Positions 48,269 to 60,566 of a DNA stretch of 64,000 bases are shown here, in pieces. Location of the stretch: NCBI RefSeq assembly GCF_963853765.1, contig NC_088860.1, positions 30,380,001-30,444,000 on the forward strand, given 5' to 3'. Source of the stretch: Magallana gigas. Taxonomy: Eukaryota. How positions within the stretch are numbered: the stretch's first letter is position 1; each line of letters starts with the position of its first letter. The notes beneath the pieces were generated by a model that did not search any database, was not told where the DNA came from, and saw only the letters and a program-made list of their open reading frames with translations. Position numbers and translations under genes: made by a program.

Positions 48269-49741
48269 GCCTATGGGCCACATCGCTCACCTGAGCAACA
48301 ATAGCCATTTAATAAGATATCAGATATATGGATTCAGATCTAAACAAAACATCTGGACAATGAAGTAAAATACTTGTTCCTGTATAAAAAGTTTTCAAAC
48401 TTTTCTATTAATGTTCTTATGTTAATCATAGAACCTTTTAAAGACGGGATGATTTCGTAGTCATATCACATATTGAGTATTGCAGTTCACAAGAAGACTT
48501 AAACAATTGTTCATATATCTATAAACCTACATCAAATTTTGAGCCCCTGTTAGGGCCCTAAAATTTTCCAAGGACCACAGTCAAAGCAGTTGAGAAATCA
48601 ATCAAAAATATGGCAAGATGCTCACATATATAAGACTTAGTAAATATACCAAGTACATATATTATAGCATTTAAGTTTTTGAAACTAATGAGAATTTTTT
48701 TCCTATGTGAAAATTGGATCCCCAACCCCAGAAGATCGCGATTTTGATTATCTTGAATCTACACAATCTATGGATGCTTTCACCAAGTCATAGCTTTTCT
48801 AGACGATTGGTTTTTTTTAAATGGGATTTTTAAAGGTTTTTTTTTTTTTTTTTTAGATATTTTTATGTAAAAAGTGACCCCCTTATCGTGACCCAACCCA
48901 ACCCAAGGATCATGATTTGAACAAACTTGAAACTACCATACCAGACAAATGACAACTTTTATGGCCAAATGAATTTTTATACATATTCATAAGTAAAAAT
49001 TTAAGCCTCCTTTGTAGCCACAACCTACCTCTGGTAATCGTGATTTGAACAAACTTAAATCTACACTACCATATGTTGCTTCAAGTTACAGCTTTATTGG
49101 TCAATTGGTTTTTGAAAAGAAGATTTTCAAAGATTTTTCTCTGTATATTTCAATGGAAAAGAATCGACCCCGCCCTCCCATTGTGGCCCCACCCTACCCC
49201 AAGGGATCATGATTTGAAATAACTTGAATTTACACTACCAGAGGATACTTCCAAACAATTGACAGTTTTTCTGGCTCATTGGTTTTTGCATCGTCGGATA
49301 CCCACGGGTGATCGCGTCTTTTACTTATCACCCGTGGGTATCCGACGATGTGGTTTTTGAAAAGATTTTTTTTCTATCTATTCCTTTGTAAAACTTCGAC
49401 CCCCCCCCCCCCCCCCCATTGGGACCCTACCTAGTACCTACCCCCGAGGATTATGCTTTGAATAAACTTGAATCTACATTACCTGAGAATAATTTCAAAC
49501 AAGTTTCAGCTTTTTTGGCCAAATAGTTTTTGAGAAGATTTTTTTTAATACCAACAATTTTTCAAACATTTTTTAGTTATTTCTCATTGAAACAGGGCAT
49601 GTCCCTTCATTTAACAAACTTGAATCCCCTTCACCCAATAATGCTTTGTGCCAAGTTTGGTTTAAATTGCCTAGTGGTTCTGAAGATGTCGACAATGTAA
49701 AAAGTTTATAGACGGAAGGACTGACTGACGCCGGACAAAAA

Positions 49742-49784
<43 letters not shown>

Positions 49785-49786
49785 TA
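48269..49786 (+). mobile_element. Older HINE element with degenerate Cg170-like monomers
   Basis: 5' atgggccacatcgctcacctgag; diverged satellite monomers; 3' hairpin agctcacttgagctttcagctcaggtgagcta. Confidence 0.8.
49289..49350. mobile_element. 62-bp hairpin mini-element with perfect 24-bp TIRs and 9-bp TSD
   Basis: catcgtcggatacccacgggtgat + 14-nt spacer + atcacccgtgggtatccgacgatg; tggtttttg duplicated at 49280-49288 and 49351-49359. Confidence 0.85.
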
Positions 49787-50658
49787 AAATAAAAAAAAAA
49801 ACAAGATTGATGAGATAAAGATTTCATAACTTGTATATATATCCATTGCAATGGCATTTTCTCACAAGACAAAACATTTACTGAAGCTTTTAGTTAGACT
49901 TGCTTAGGTCTCTGTTGTTTTAATGTTTTATATTTCTTACAACTTTTAACGTTGTTCAGAAATTTGAAAGTTCTGCCATACTCAAATGGCATTAAACACG
50001 TTTGACATCATTGTAGGTATTTTAAAAGAATGTGTTATTAAATAGAGAGACTTGCAAGTCTAGCTTTTAGTTCATATCGGAAAATACAAGGAGCAAAGAG
50101 ATCAACGTCTAAGCAACAACCGCACAGCCATGACAGAGAAACGAAATGTATCAATAAAATTTGTGCGATATACAGTCTCCATTTACAAGCTTTAATGAAT
50201 GTGTCTGTAACAGTTTAAAATCTAATCTAAGTACTCAGTATTACAACTAACTCCTTTCTCCTACAACACTCTCCAGCCATCGCCTCGAGCCACGACCAGG
50301 AGTCTGCATAGCTCTCTCCTACTAGATGGTAAGGATCGTACAAATTAGCCGTGGTTTGCGACGATGGTTTTTTTTGCTGAATGACGTAAATACCCGTGCT
50401 TTTGTAACCAGCATATCAAAATAAAATCAACACAACCGTAATTAATGTAAAAGAGGAGTTACCCAAAGATACACAAATCAACCCGTACAAGAATCTTCAT
50501 TATATGAAAACTCGCTTTCTTTTGCAATACACACATAACCAGTCGAACTTGCATGTTTGCTATGAAAGAAAATTGCAAACGATTTGGTCAACGTTTGTAA
50601 ATCGAAATTCCAAAGCCCATTTATGATAATACAAAAAAGAATTGGAATGGAACGTTTA

Positions 50659-53600
50659 TTACACTTTGACTAAATCTGAGGACAGGTCTTGGTTGTCGAT
50701 CACAACTTCTGTCTCTATTTTTGACAACGTGACGTCACTGTTGGATTTTGACGACGTTGTTTGTGGCGTTTTGTCCGATACGTCATATTCACTGCTGTCT
50801 GCCGTTTGTAGACTGTCCGATTTCAGTGCCCGTATGCATCTCTAAATGGAAAGAAAATTAACAAATTAAATTTACAACTATAATACCTTGAAGTTATTCA
50901 AGTTAATCACACGCCCCTTTACCGGCCCTTCATGGTTACAGATATAGGTAACTACCAAAAACAAGCGTTGAATTTTTTTTTTCAATATACAGGTGTAAAT
51001 TAATTAATGTGTTTGTTTAACCTATACGTATACATCATTTACATGTGCTAATGTCGGTAACTTATAACTACACTAATCGTAAAACAATGAATCATGGGAT
51101 TTTTGTCCGTCCATCTGAGATCCGGTATAAAACGTGTAAGGAAACTAGATTATTTAACCTTATGTAACTAATGCTTTAATCAGGAGACAACGTTAAGGAG
51201 ACTGAATGATCAATAAATCGACCACTAGTCCTTCCAAACATTTTAAAATATGATTTGTTGAGCTATAAACTATAATTATTTAGTAAAGAAACAATCCACA
51301 CATTTTATCTATTTTCCTATATTTTCAAATTCAACTCTTCATCTAAAGAAGAGCAAAATAGTCTAAAAATGGCATCGACCATCAAACACAATTAATTTGT
51401 ACGGAAGCAGAAAAAACAATGGTAGATAGATACCTCGGTAAACGAGCCCTTCTCGGTGTAGACGGCGTGGAAAGCCCCCAGTATGAAACCAAAGATGACG
51501 GGCCCGACGGCTACAAACCACCCCAAGCACTGTCTGTCGTCACTGGCGACCCCCTCAGCTTTAGGGTCCCTAATGGTGGCGGGGAATGGGTACACGTACA
51601 CAGCAAAGTAATAGATCAGCATGGCCTACAAACAGGAAAAAAATAATTCTAATTAATTAATTAAGTAACAATTTGATAGATCATCATGACCAGTGCAAAA
51701 TAAATGTAAAGGCTCTTATTGTATGAACAAACTCAATTAAAAAACAACATTGCCTACAAATTAATGGTAAAAATTGCCAAGACCTCAATAATATCAAACT
51801 GTCGTATCAATTAAATACGAGTAACGGGTCATATTTTGCACTCCATGCCAGCAATTAAAATGCAAGTACATTATAATTAATAACAACCGTGTATTGTATG
51901 TATAAAAGATTTACATGTAACAGAAACAGGAGTTATATAATTATATTTACATTTATCAGTGTCTTTGCATGTGTACGTTTGATTTTGTACGATACAGTCT
52001 AATAAATTCAAATGCATATAATTTGGGCGCAAGCGGGGTTTGCTTTTTTATATTTAAATATTTTATCGTACAATTTCTGAAAATTATCAAATCTATCATA
52101 AAGCCCTTCGGGCTTTTTTTGGATTTGATCACGCCCCGACCGAAATTATCACCTCATAATAACCAAAGAATGATTCCTTATTCCTTAAATAAAAAAAAAT
52201 CAGAAAGCGTATAGTAAATGTTGACTCCGTGACTGACCGCTATAACAAGAGAGGAGGCTCCGTACCACAGACTCATCAGGGCGCGCTCCAGCAGCAGGTA
52301 CATCAGGTTCTGTTTGACTGCAAGGATACACGATATAGGTCTGTACAATACTGAATATTCTATGGTGTTATATGTATTGTTAATATGTCTGTGGTGTTAA
52401 TTTTAGAAAGGGTTAATTTTGTGGATGCTTAATATTGTGGTTATACCGACTGCGCATAGCCAATGACTGTGGGGACAATATGGTTTTATCCTGTTATACA
52501 TATTGTTTATATTATTTATACTGACTATAGCGGTTGATTATATAATCAATACTGACTGTAGCCGATGACTGTGGGGACGATACTGACGATGATCACCGTG
52601 AAGATCAGACGGTCCAGGTAACTGTTGACCAGCATGTACAGGTAAACGCCGCTCTGGAAAACCATACAGGTAGCAAACAATGAAAACCATACAGGTAGCA
52701 AACCATACAGGTATCAAAAACCATACAGGTAGCAAACAATGAAACTTAGTGACCTGCTTGCTTACTCTACCACCAATATTGTCTAAATGCGCATGGGGGT
52801 TTTTTCTACTAGTAATTTGCATTATTATAATATGATATGAACTATGCAATTACTGCACAAAACTATTGTATTTTTGCAAAAGCCCTTCGAAATGTTTTGG
52901 CTGGAAATACGCATGCTCAAAATAACTACAACATTTGTTCATAGAAAAAAAATGCACTACAATGAATTTGCATAATGGTCAACATTGCTAGCAAAAGATT
53001 ATACACGTGCTATAAAATTATTCATCACAAATTTTGAAAGATGTTATGCAATTTCGTATCTGCTATGATATTAGCTTATCTTTGTGATATTAGATCTGTA
53101 ACTCCGGGTCTGAAATTTTGTTTTGAATTTTTTCAGACCAGGAGCTACAGACATGCAGCTATTATATGTAATACCACGAAGTTTATACTGTAGAAAACAA
53201 TTAAAGCAAGGAGAAAATCAATCAGTCCCTTTCTAAACCCGTTTTTCTGTTACTAACACACAACTGCTATAGCTTTCTTTTCTTTTTTTAATGGATAAGT
53301 TTGTTTTTATTTATACAAACCGTAAAAAAATACGAAACTACTAAGTCAAACATACCTGGAAACTGTATGGAATGCACAATATGAAAGAGAGGAAGGACAG
53401 TATTGCCACCAACGTAGACCTTCTCCGGAAGAACTGCAGTATACAGGTGGGCAGAGAACACAGCAGGGCCTCCCAAATCACCGTCAGATGCAGCACCTGC
53501 GTGATTCCGTCAAAACAGTATTACATATACTATAGTATATTGTTGGGAAAAATTACATAATGATCCTCTGTATTGTAGTATTTTTTTTTATGACATGAGT

Positions 53601-56600
53601 TTTAAAAAATCTGTAAATTTATATAGAATATAAATACGCAACAGGGTTAATTCTGATATCAAGTCATTTTTCACAAGCTTTTTCATTCAATTTTATCATC
53701 AACATTTTGATGAAGTTTTGTGTGTGTGTGTGTGTGTGTCCAGTGACATTTTTTTTCTAAACATCTTTTCGATTTGCAGAAGTAGAAAATTGTTTCAAAA
53801 TTAATGAGAAAAAAGCAATAAAATACCATGTGGAGTATCCCTAGGAGATACACTCCTAAGTACAGGCACATTGCAATGCCGGGCACGTGACGGATTTTAC
53901 CAAACATTCCCAGAAGAAGGAGACCCAAACCTAGAAACAAATCAACAGAAGTTGTACAATGTTTGGCCATAGTCATTTATGAATAATTCAATACATAGAT
54001 ATTTCGCTTTATCTGAAAAATATTATATCATAAAAGTATCTGAAATATTTTTAGAAGTGATTCTTTATTACCCGGTTTCAGTTTTTCTCCGTATTCAAAC
54101 ATGCCATAGTTTGAATTAGTGGAAATGAAAGGAATGAAAGCAATACCGAACACCACAGGTACCAAGCCGTATACAAGGAATAGGATCACGTTAGCCCTGG
54201 GAGACGAGAGGAAGAAAAACTAATAATGTTTGTCTTATAAATGATTTAAGAAAGTAAATACATGTAAAGCATACCAATCCGGCAGAATGATTCATAATTC
54301 ATATGAGGTTTTGATAATATGGATCAGACAAAAACGCACTGTGTATTGGTTGGTGGGAGGGTAAAAAGACGGTCGTATCAGTAAGCAAGAATTCTTGCAC
54401 ATAAAATGCCATATTTATTTTCCATATTTTCTTTGTCAAAACGTATTCTTTAGTGCTTAAAGAAAAAGAGACTTTTGTAAAAGAAGCTCTCTATAAGTTT
54501 TCATACGCACTTACCTTACAATCGTGGTTTTGTTGTTGTAGAGATGGGCGCCGATGGTAGGGAGGACCCCAGACCACAGCCCCAGGGAATAGATGTGCAG
54601 AATCAATGCATTCATCCAGGGCTGAAAAAACGCAGAGCAATATAAAACTGGAACAAAGTAAGAAGGAGAATCAACTTTCGAATATTTCCGGAACCTTGCG
54701 CAAGATTCTCCAACTTCCTATATTTCAATAGTAAATTATATGGACACTGACTGTCCCGTATTTGATTGTTTAGACAAGGAAATTACGGCAAAGGAAATAG
54801 AAGTTTGTATTCACAAACTCAAAACAAACAAAAGTGCAGGGAACGACCAGCTAATTAACGAATATTTTTCCGAATTTCAACTTTTGTTTCCTAACCGTCG
54901 TGACTTCTTCTCCTGAGATTACCTGGGGTGAGTAGAGTTTGGCCAGGGACAGGCTCCACACCCCCAATTCTTGATCTTCCTGTTCCTCGTCGATGTTTTT
55001 TTCGTGGTAAGAGAACGAACCATTGACCTCCACAAGACTCCCAAATGGCTCAGAGGGGGCCACCGGAGGAGGGGCCACCCAACCATAAACGAGCACCACT
55101 AGCAGAAGAATCAAAGCCGTGGGCGATAGGACGAATGCCAGCTGTAATAAAGTGGGCGACATAATAAAGGATAGCTGTAACAGAGTTGGCGATATGATAA
55201 GGACCAGCTGAAATAAAATGGGCGACATAATAAAGAATAGCTGTAATAGAGTGGGCGATATGATAAGGACCAGCTGTAATGGAGTGGGCAATATACTGAA
55301 GGATAGCTGTTATAATGTAGGTGATATTATAAAGACCAGCAGTAATAAAGTGGGCGATATAATTAGGGATAGCTGTAATAGAGTGGACGATATGATAAAG
55401 GTCAGCTGTAATAAAGTGGGCGATATGATTAAGAATAGCTGTAATAGAGTTGGCGATATGATAATAAATAATGTAATAAAGTGGGCGATATAATAAAGGC
55501 CAACTGTAACAAAGTGGGCGATATAATTAATGATAGCTGTAATAGAGTAGGCGATATCATAAAGGGTGGGCAATTTGATAAAGGTCATATGTAATACTAG
55601 TAGTTTGGCCGATAGGCTAAAGACCAGCTACAGTAGAGTGTACATCAATGAATGGAGAGAACTTTTAATATACACCTTGTTTAAGAAGTCAGACTGTGGA
55701 GTAAAATGTTTCAGATGTCTATTTATAGCATTTTTTCAATAGAGATATCTAATTAAATATGTAATGTGCGTGTATATTTCTATTCTATCATTCTTGATTG
55801 ATTCATTTTAAAATGCAAATGATATACATGTAGTATTTTTATCGTACGGGTAGTTTTTAAAAGTAAATATGCATTGCACATTGACGCGTATCCTCTGCAT
55901 TTTTTTTTTTACCTTGTTCATAAACGAAGGTTCTTTAGCAGTGCACATGAAGAGTAGAAACCACGTGACCAGTAGGGCAATGGCCAAATACCACACCATG
56001 TTACCTTCCTCGGACAGTCCATCGGAAATCTGGAGAAAATACTCCCTGCAATGAGAGCAAATGATTTGAGTGACTTCATGTTTTTCAGGGGAAAAATACA
56101 CAATTTTTTTTCTTCAGTAAAACGTCATGAAAAAAACAATCTAGCGTATTGTACAAATATTGACAATTAAGAATGATAAACTTCCGCATGATGTAGAATA
56201 TGTTTGTATTTTAAGAAACAAAATCTTACTTGAAGAATACAATTGGCCTCTGGTGACCAGACCTAAAGGAATAAGACACGGGTGAAATTTGCAAAAATTA
56301 AATAAATTTTAATGAAACATTCCTGTTACAAAGCAAACAAAATTAATTTAAAGAACAAAATCACAATGAGAAACCGAGCTGCGAAATCCATACATTTCCG
56401 AGTGGTTTGGGTGAGAAGATTCGTCATACGGGGAAAAGAAGGAGGCGAAGGCATAGTAGAGACAGTAGCTGAGTTCTAGACTGCCCGTCAGGCTCCTGAT
56501 GTAGGAGAGGATCAGGATGGTTATAGCACAGCCTGTAAAATATCGGGGGTGAAGATGGTTATAGCACAGCCTGTAAAATATCGGGGGTGAAGATGGTTAT

Positions 56601-58345
56601 AGCACAGCCTGTAAAATATCGGGGGTAAAGATGGTTATAGCACAGCCTGTAAAATATCGGGGGTAAAGATGGTTATAGCACAGCCTGTAAAATATCGGGG
56701 GTGAAGATGGTTATAGCACAGCCTGTAAAATATCAGGAGTGAAGATGGTTATAGCACAGCTTGTAAAATATCGGGGGTGAAGATGGTTATAGCACAGCCT
56801 GTAAAATATCGGGGGTGAAGATGGTTATAGCACAGCCTGTAAAATATCGGGGTGAAGATGGTTATAGCACAGCCTGTAAAATATCGGGGTGAAGATTGTT
56901 ATAGCACAGCCTGTAAAATATCGGGGGTGAAGATGGTTATAGCACAGCCTGTAAAATATCGGGGGTGAAGATGGTTATAGCACAGCCTGTAAAATATCGG
57001 GGGTTAAATTGCTAATTGCACAGCCTGTAAAATATCGGGGGTAAAGATGGTTATAGCACAGCCTGTAAAATATCGGGGGTAAAGATGGTTATAGCACAGC
57101 CTGTAAAATATCGGGGGTAAAGATGTTATAGTATAGCCTGTAAAATATCGGGGGTTAAATTGCTTATTGCACAGCCTGTAAAATATGGGGGGTAAAGATG
57201 TTATAGCACAGCCTGTAAAATATCGGGGGTTAAATTGCTTATTGCACAGCCTGTAAATTATCAAGGGTGACGACAAAATGCCAAGCTAAAAACCGTTTCT
57301 TGTTGACGGCTAATGCGTTTCTGTCCTATTTTACGTTAACTCTGCAATGAAAAAGCCATTATGTGAATACTTTTTGAAGAGATAAAAGGAGTTTTGTTTT
57401 TCTTCGTAGATGACATTGCTAATGAGATCTTTAATGATAGCAGTTTGTTTTCACAAATTGAAGATAAAAGGCGTGTAACAGGACGTTGATAAACGATTTT
57501 CCTTTCCACCGACATTGTGACGTATCGTGACAGGAACCGGTTGTCCTTTACATTTTTCCCGAAGAAAATCAATGAAATTATGACACATAGAAACACGGAA
57601 ACATAAGCTGGATGTCAAATATTCTAATCCACAATACAATACTGGTATAAATCAAATTACCGAACGTCTTTTGAGAAGGATATCTTTTATACTGAACATC
57701 TAGATGTCGTGGAGAATATCTTTAAACAAGCCTCCATGGGATCACTGCATTTCTGAATGCATTCATTATTCAATTATTCACATTGATTCTGAAGTGGAGT
57801 CGTAGTTTACTTATGCAAAAACTTAATTGGCTGCATTGTACATGTTGAAGAAATCGATCGTTCTGTGAACAGAATGCATGAGGAAGATGATTTTAAAATC
57901 ACCTAGACGACATGGTTTTTTCTTTCGATTTCTTCGATTATGCTCACCATTTTCTAACTACTGAGTACCCAATTTCTAGAAAGCAAAAAAAAAATCATTA
58001 CACGTATAAAGTAAAAGGATGAAATGATTAAAAAACCTGGCAGAACACCGATTTCAACAAGATTACCTAAAATGCATGACTTATTTGCTCAAACGCTACA
58101 AAACGAAATTACTCTGAGGTTTCAAGTTCAAGGAATATTTTATGGTTTACCTTTCAGAATGGGTACAAGCAAACTGTAGATGCCGAGGATATTCTGCCGA
58201 TAGATGGCGCCGAGCTTTATTTGGACGTAGCAGATTGGTACACAGAAAGAGAGCAGTATGATGTAATGAGCCAGAAGGTACGTCACTACAAGGAAAACGT
58301 AACGCAACGTTAGACATTCTACGTGAACATAACGAGATGTTCGCA

Positions 58346-58409
<64 letters not shown>

Positions 58410-59603
58410 CACCAGCTCAGCAATGTGATAGAAGCATACTTTTTTCATTCGCATAATCAATGATAAAAGTGTTTTAATTAGTACATGCATACCAATATCG
58501 CAAAAGTCCATTTGTAACAAACCTCTGCCCGCTTAAGGTTAAAGCAGGGGCATTGTCTGCAATTGCTGAACAAGTTAGAAGGATGTTTGGGAGATTTTTT
58601 TTTTTACAATATACCGCTGACGAACTTTTTAAGTTTTTGAAATAATCAAAACTGTATTAACATCAGTATCACATTGACCTACATGTACCTATTTGTAACT
58701 TTATGATGAAATAGGCCTGTGATTAACTGTTGACCAAATCATTAACTCGGAAAATTCACTCAACAGTCATCGAGATATCATTGGCTGACGGTAGAAAAAT
58801 ATTAACTTTGCTTTGATTTTGACAGTCATAAAAATTTTCACTTGTCGAAACAGCAGACAACGCCTGCAGAACACCCATTATATTTTTCAGCCGCCGGTCA
58901 CCTTTTTTTTAATATGAGAGAGACCTCAGGGTATACCGACGTTCGAGTCGTGTCTTTTACCCCCCCCCCCCCCCCCGGCCCTCCTTCGTTGAGCAATAAG
59001 TACTCAGAAGGACGGTATGCTGAAATAAAAATAAGTAGCGCGTTGAGTGTCTTCATTCTGTCATGCTGATGAAATAATTACGTTATTACGCGGACATTTT
59101 TGTTAGAACAGTTCCGGACGTGCTTGCTTCAATCCAAAATTCTGGTAATGACGCTCAAAGTTGGGTCTATTACATAATTAAACTGTCTGCATTGGAAATG
59201 CCAAATGATGGCTGGGTTTGATAATAAAACATTGACATTAAGGTTCTGAGAAACAGACAATAGTGATTTAAAATGCATTAAACCAATACTCACTAGATGA
59301 GGGATGAAGCTATGCGTTTAACAGTCAAAGATCTGAATAACAAGATGAATTGCAAAGATATGGTGCTAACTTCAAGATATCAACAGTTTTCTCTTCCAGC
59401 GTCTTTACCAAATATACAAGTATTTATGCCCGCGACTGGGGATTTTTAGATATCGCACATAATTATACTGATTTTGATAATACTTACAGTATATGTATTT
59501 ACTAGTATACTCGGCAACATGTCATGTAAAGCAATATCTAATTACCGGTAGATATTAATTAAATAAAACTTAGTGCATGTATACAAGATAAAACTATTTT
59601 TTG

Positions 59604-59688
<85 letters not shown>

Positions 59689-60566
59689 TTTCATTTTATT
59701 ATTTATCCAGAATTATTTCATTGGATAAGATTTAAATTAAGGTGGCTCACTACACCTAGACTTATACTTTTTAAGACACTGCGTCACAAGATGGCGATTT
59801 AAATGTTTTGTTAAACTGTTTATATCGTTCAATTGGGTTGTAAATCGTCGTAGCTCTGTGGTTAAATTATTGGGCTTCTGAACCGCAGATCATGAAATCG
59901 AATCCGCCTGGAGCTTTTGTTCATGTTTACTGAATTAAATTTTCGAAAATTTAATTTACATGCATCCAAAGTTGCACATTTTTTTTACCTATTTGACTTA
60001 AATACTTATTAATTGTATCCATTATGATATTTATCGTAATCAAGTAATTTTCTGCTGATTTGAGAAAATATTTCAAGGTGTAGTGAGCTACCTTATTTCA
60101 ATTTCAAAGCAACTTATTTGAATACTAAAAGAAAGATTCTCCATTATTCTCCATTAATTTTTATGACCATATATTTTAATCATTTTCATTGAGATTTTGA
60201 ATTGAAGCTTTTTCCAAGAGCAATAACAATTCACAGTTTCAAGATAAAATACAATATGCTTAAATAACTCGAAAACAATCAGCGGAGACGAATTAATAAC
60301 CTATCGATTTTGCGACAAGAATAAATGATTCAGCATCAGCGATGACTAAGTCTCCAATCTCTCTGAAACAACACCGATTTATAATCAAGCACGGCAAAGT
60401 ACAAACAAAAAACCACCCTCAAGTGCATGTCCAACTTACCTGAGTATTTCACCAGGTAATATGGAAGCGAAATACTAGCATGTAAACCGATGGAATAAAA
60501 GCAAACCATGCCATAATTGAAGGTGTTCCATTTCGGTATCCCTGGTCCATTCGGAGCGGCTTCCAT
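50659..60566 (-). CDS. Divergent SLC6 (neurotransmitter:sodium symporter fold) transporter-like protein, 13 coding exons, ~593 aa
   Basis: Exons 60566-60440, 58285-58151, 56532-56394, 56045-55913, 55141-54923, 54621-54515, 54196-54072, 53930-53827, 53496-53356, 52653-52557, 52317-52238, 51625-51434, 50841-50659. All phases join into one open frame of 1782 nt. Hydrophobic segments align with SLC6 TMs (ILLSFCVPICYVQIKLGAIYRQ..VPILKG; LQISDGLSEEGNMVWYLAIALLVTW; YSLGLWSGVL; LGWFVAVGP). An additional upstream exon is possible. Confidence 0.85.
52657..52745. repeat. Short 16-25 bp tandem repeat (aaaccatacaggtagc) abutting an SLC6 exon acceptor
   Basis: 4 copies immediately intronic of the exon starting at 52653. 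Confidence 0.8.
55141..55595. repeat. 33-bp minisatellite (~13 units) derived from an SLC6 acceptor junction
   Basis: Minus-strand unit ctggtccttatcatatcgcccactttattacAG, contiguous with the exon start ctggcattcgtcctatcgcccac. Confidence 0.92.
56516..57258. repeat. 38-bp minisatellite (~20 units) derived from an SLC6 acceptor junction
   Basis: Minus-strand unit gctgtgctataaccatcttcacccccgatattttacAG. The last unit supplies the real acceptor and first codons at 56532. Confidence 0.95.
58350..58408. repeat. (GA)n microsatellite
   Basis: Pure GA run. Confidence 0.95.
59607..59685. repeat. (TA)n microsatellite
   Basis: Pure TA run. Confidence 0.95.
59741..60092 (+). mobile_element. TTAA-type MITE with internal tRNA-derived segment (same family as 17482-17810)
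   Basis: ttaa|ggtggctcactacacc ... ggtgtagtgagctacc; tRNA-like segment at 59850-59908. Confidence 0.75.

Noticed and set aside
55218-55493. Plus-strand repetitive ORF (GDIIKNSCNRV)n
   Set aside because: It is the antisense reading of a 33-bp minisatellite; a unit length divisible by three keeps frames open by construction.
3734-57258. CRISPR-like reading of the 33-38 bp tandem repeats
   Set aside because: The repeats are head-to-tail without unique spacers, the context is eukaryotic and no cas genes are present.
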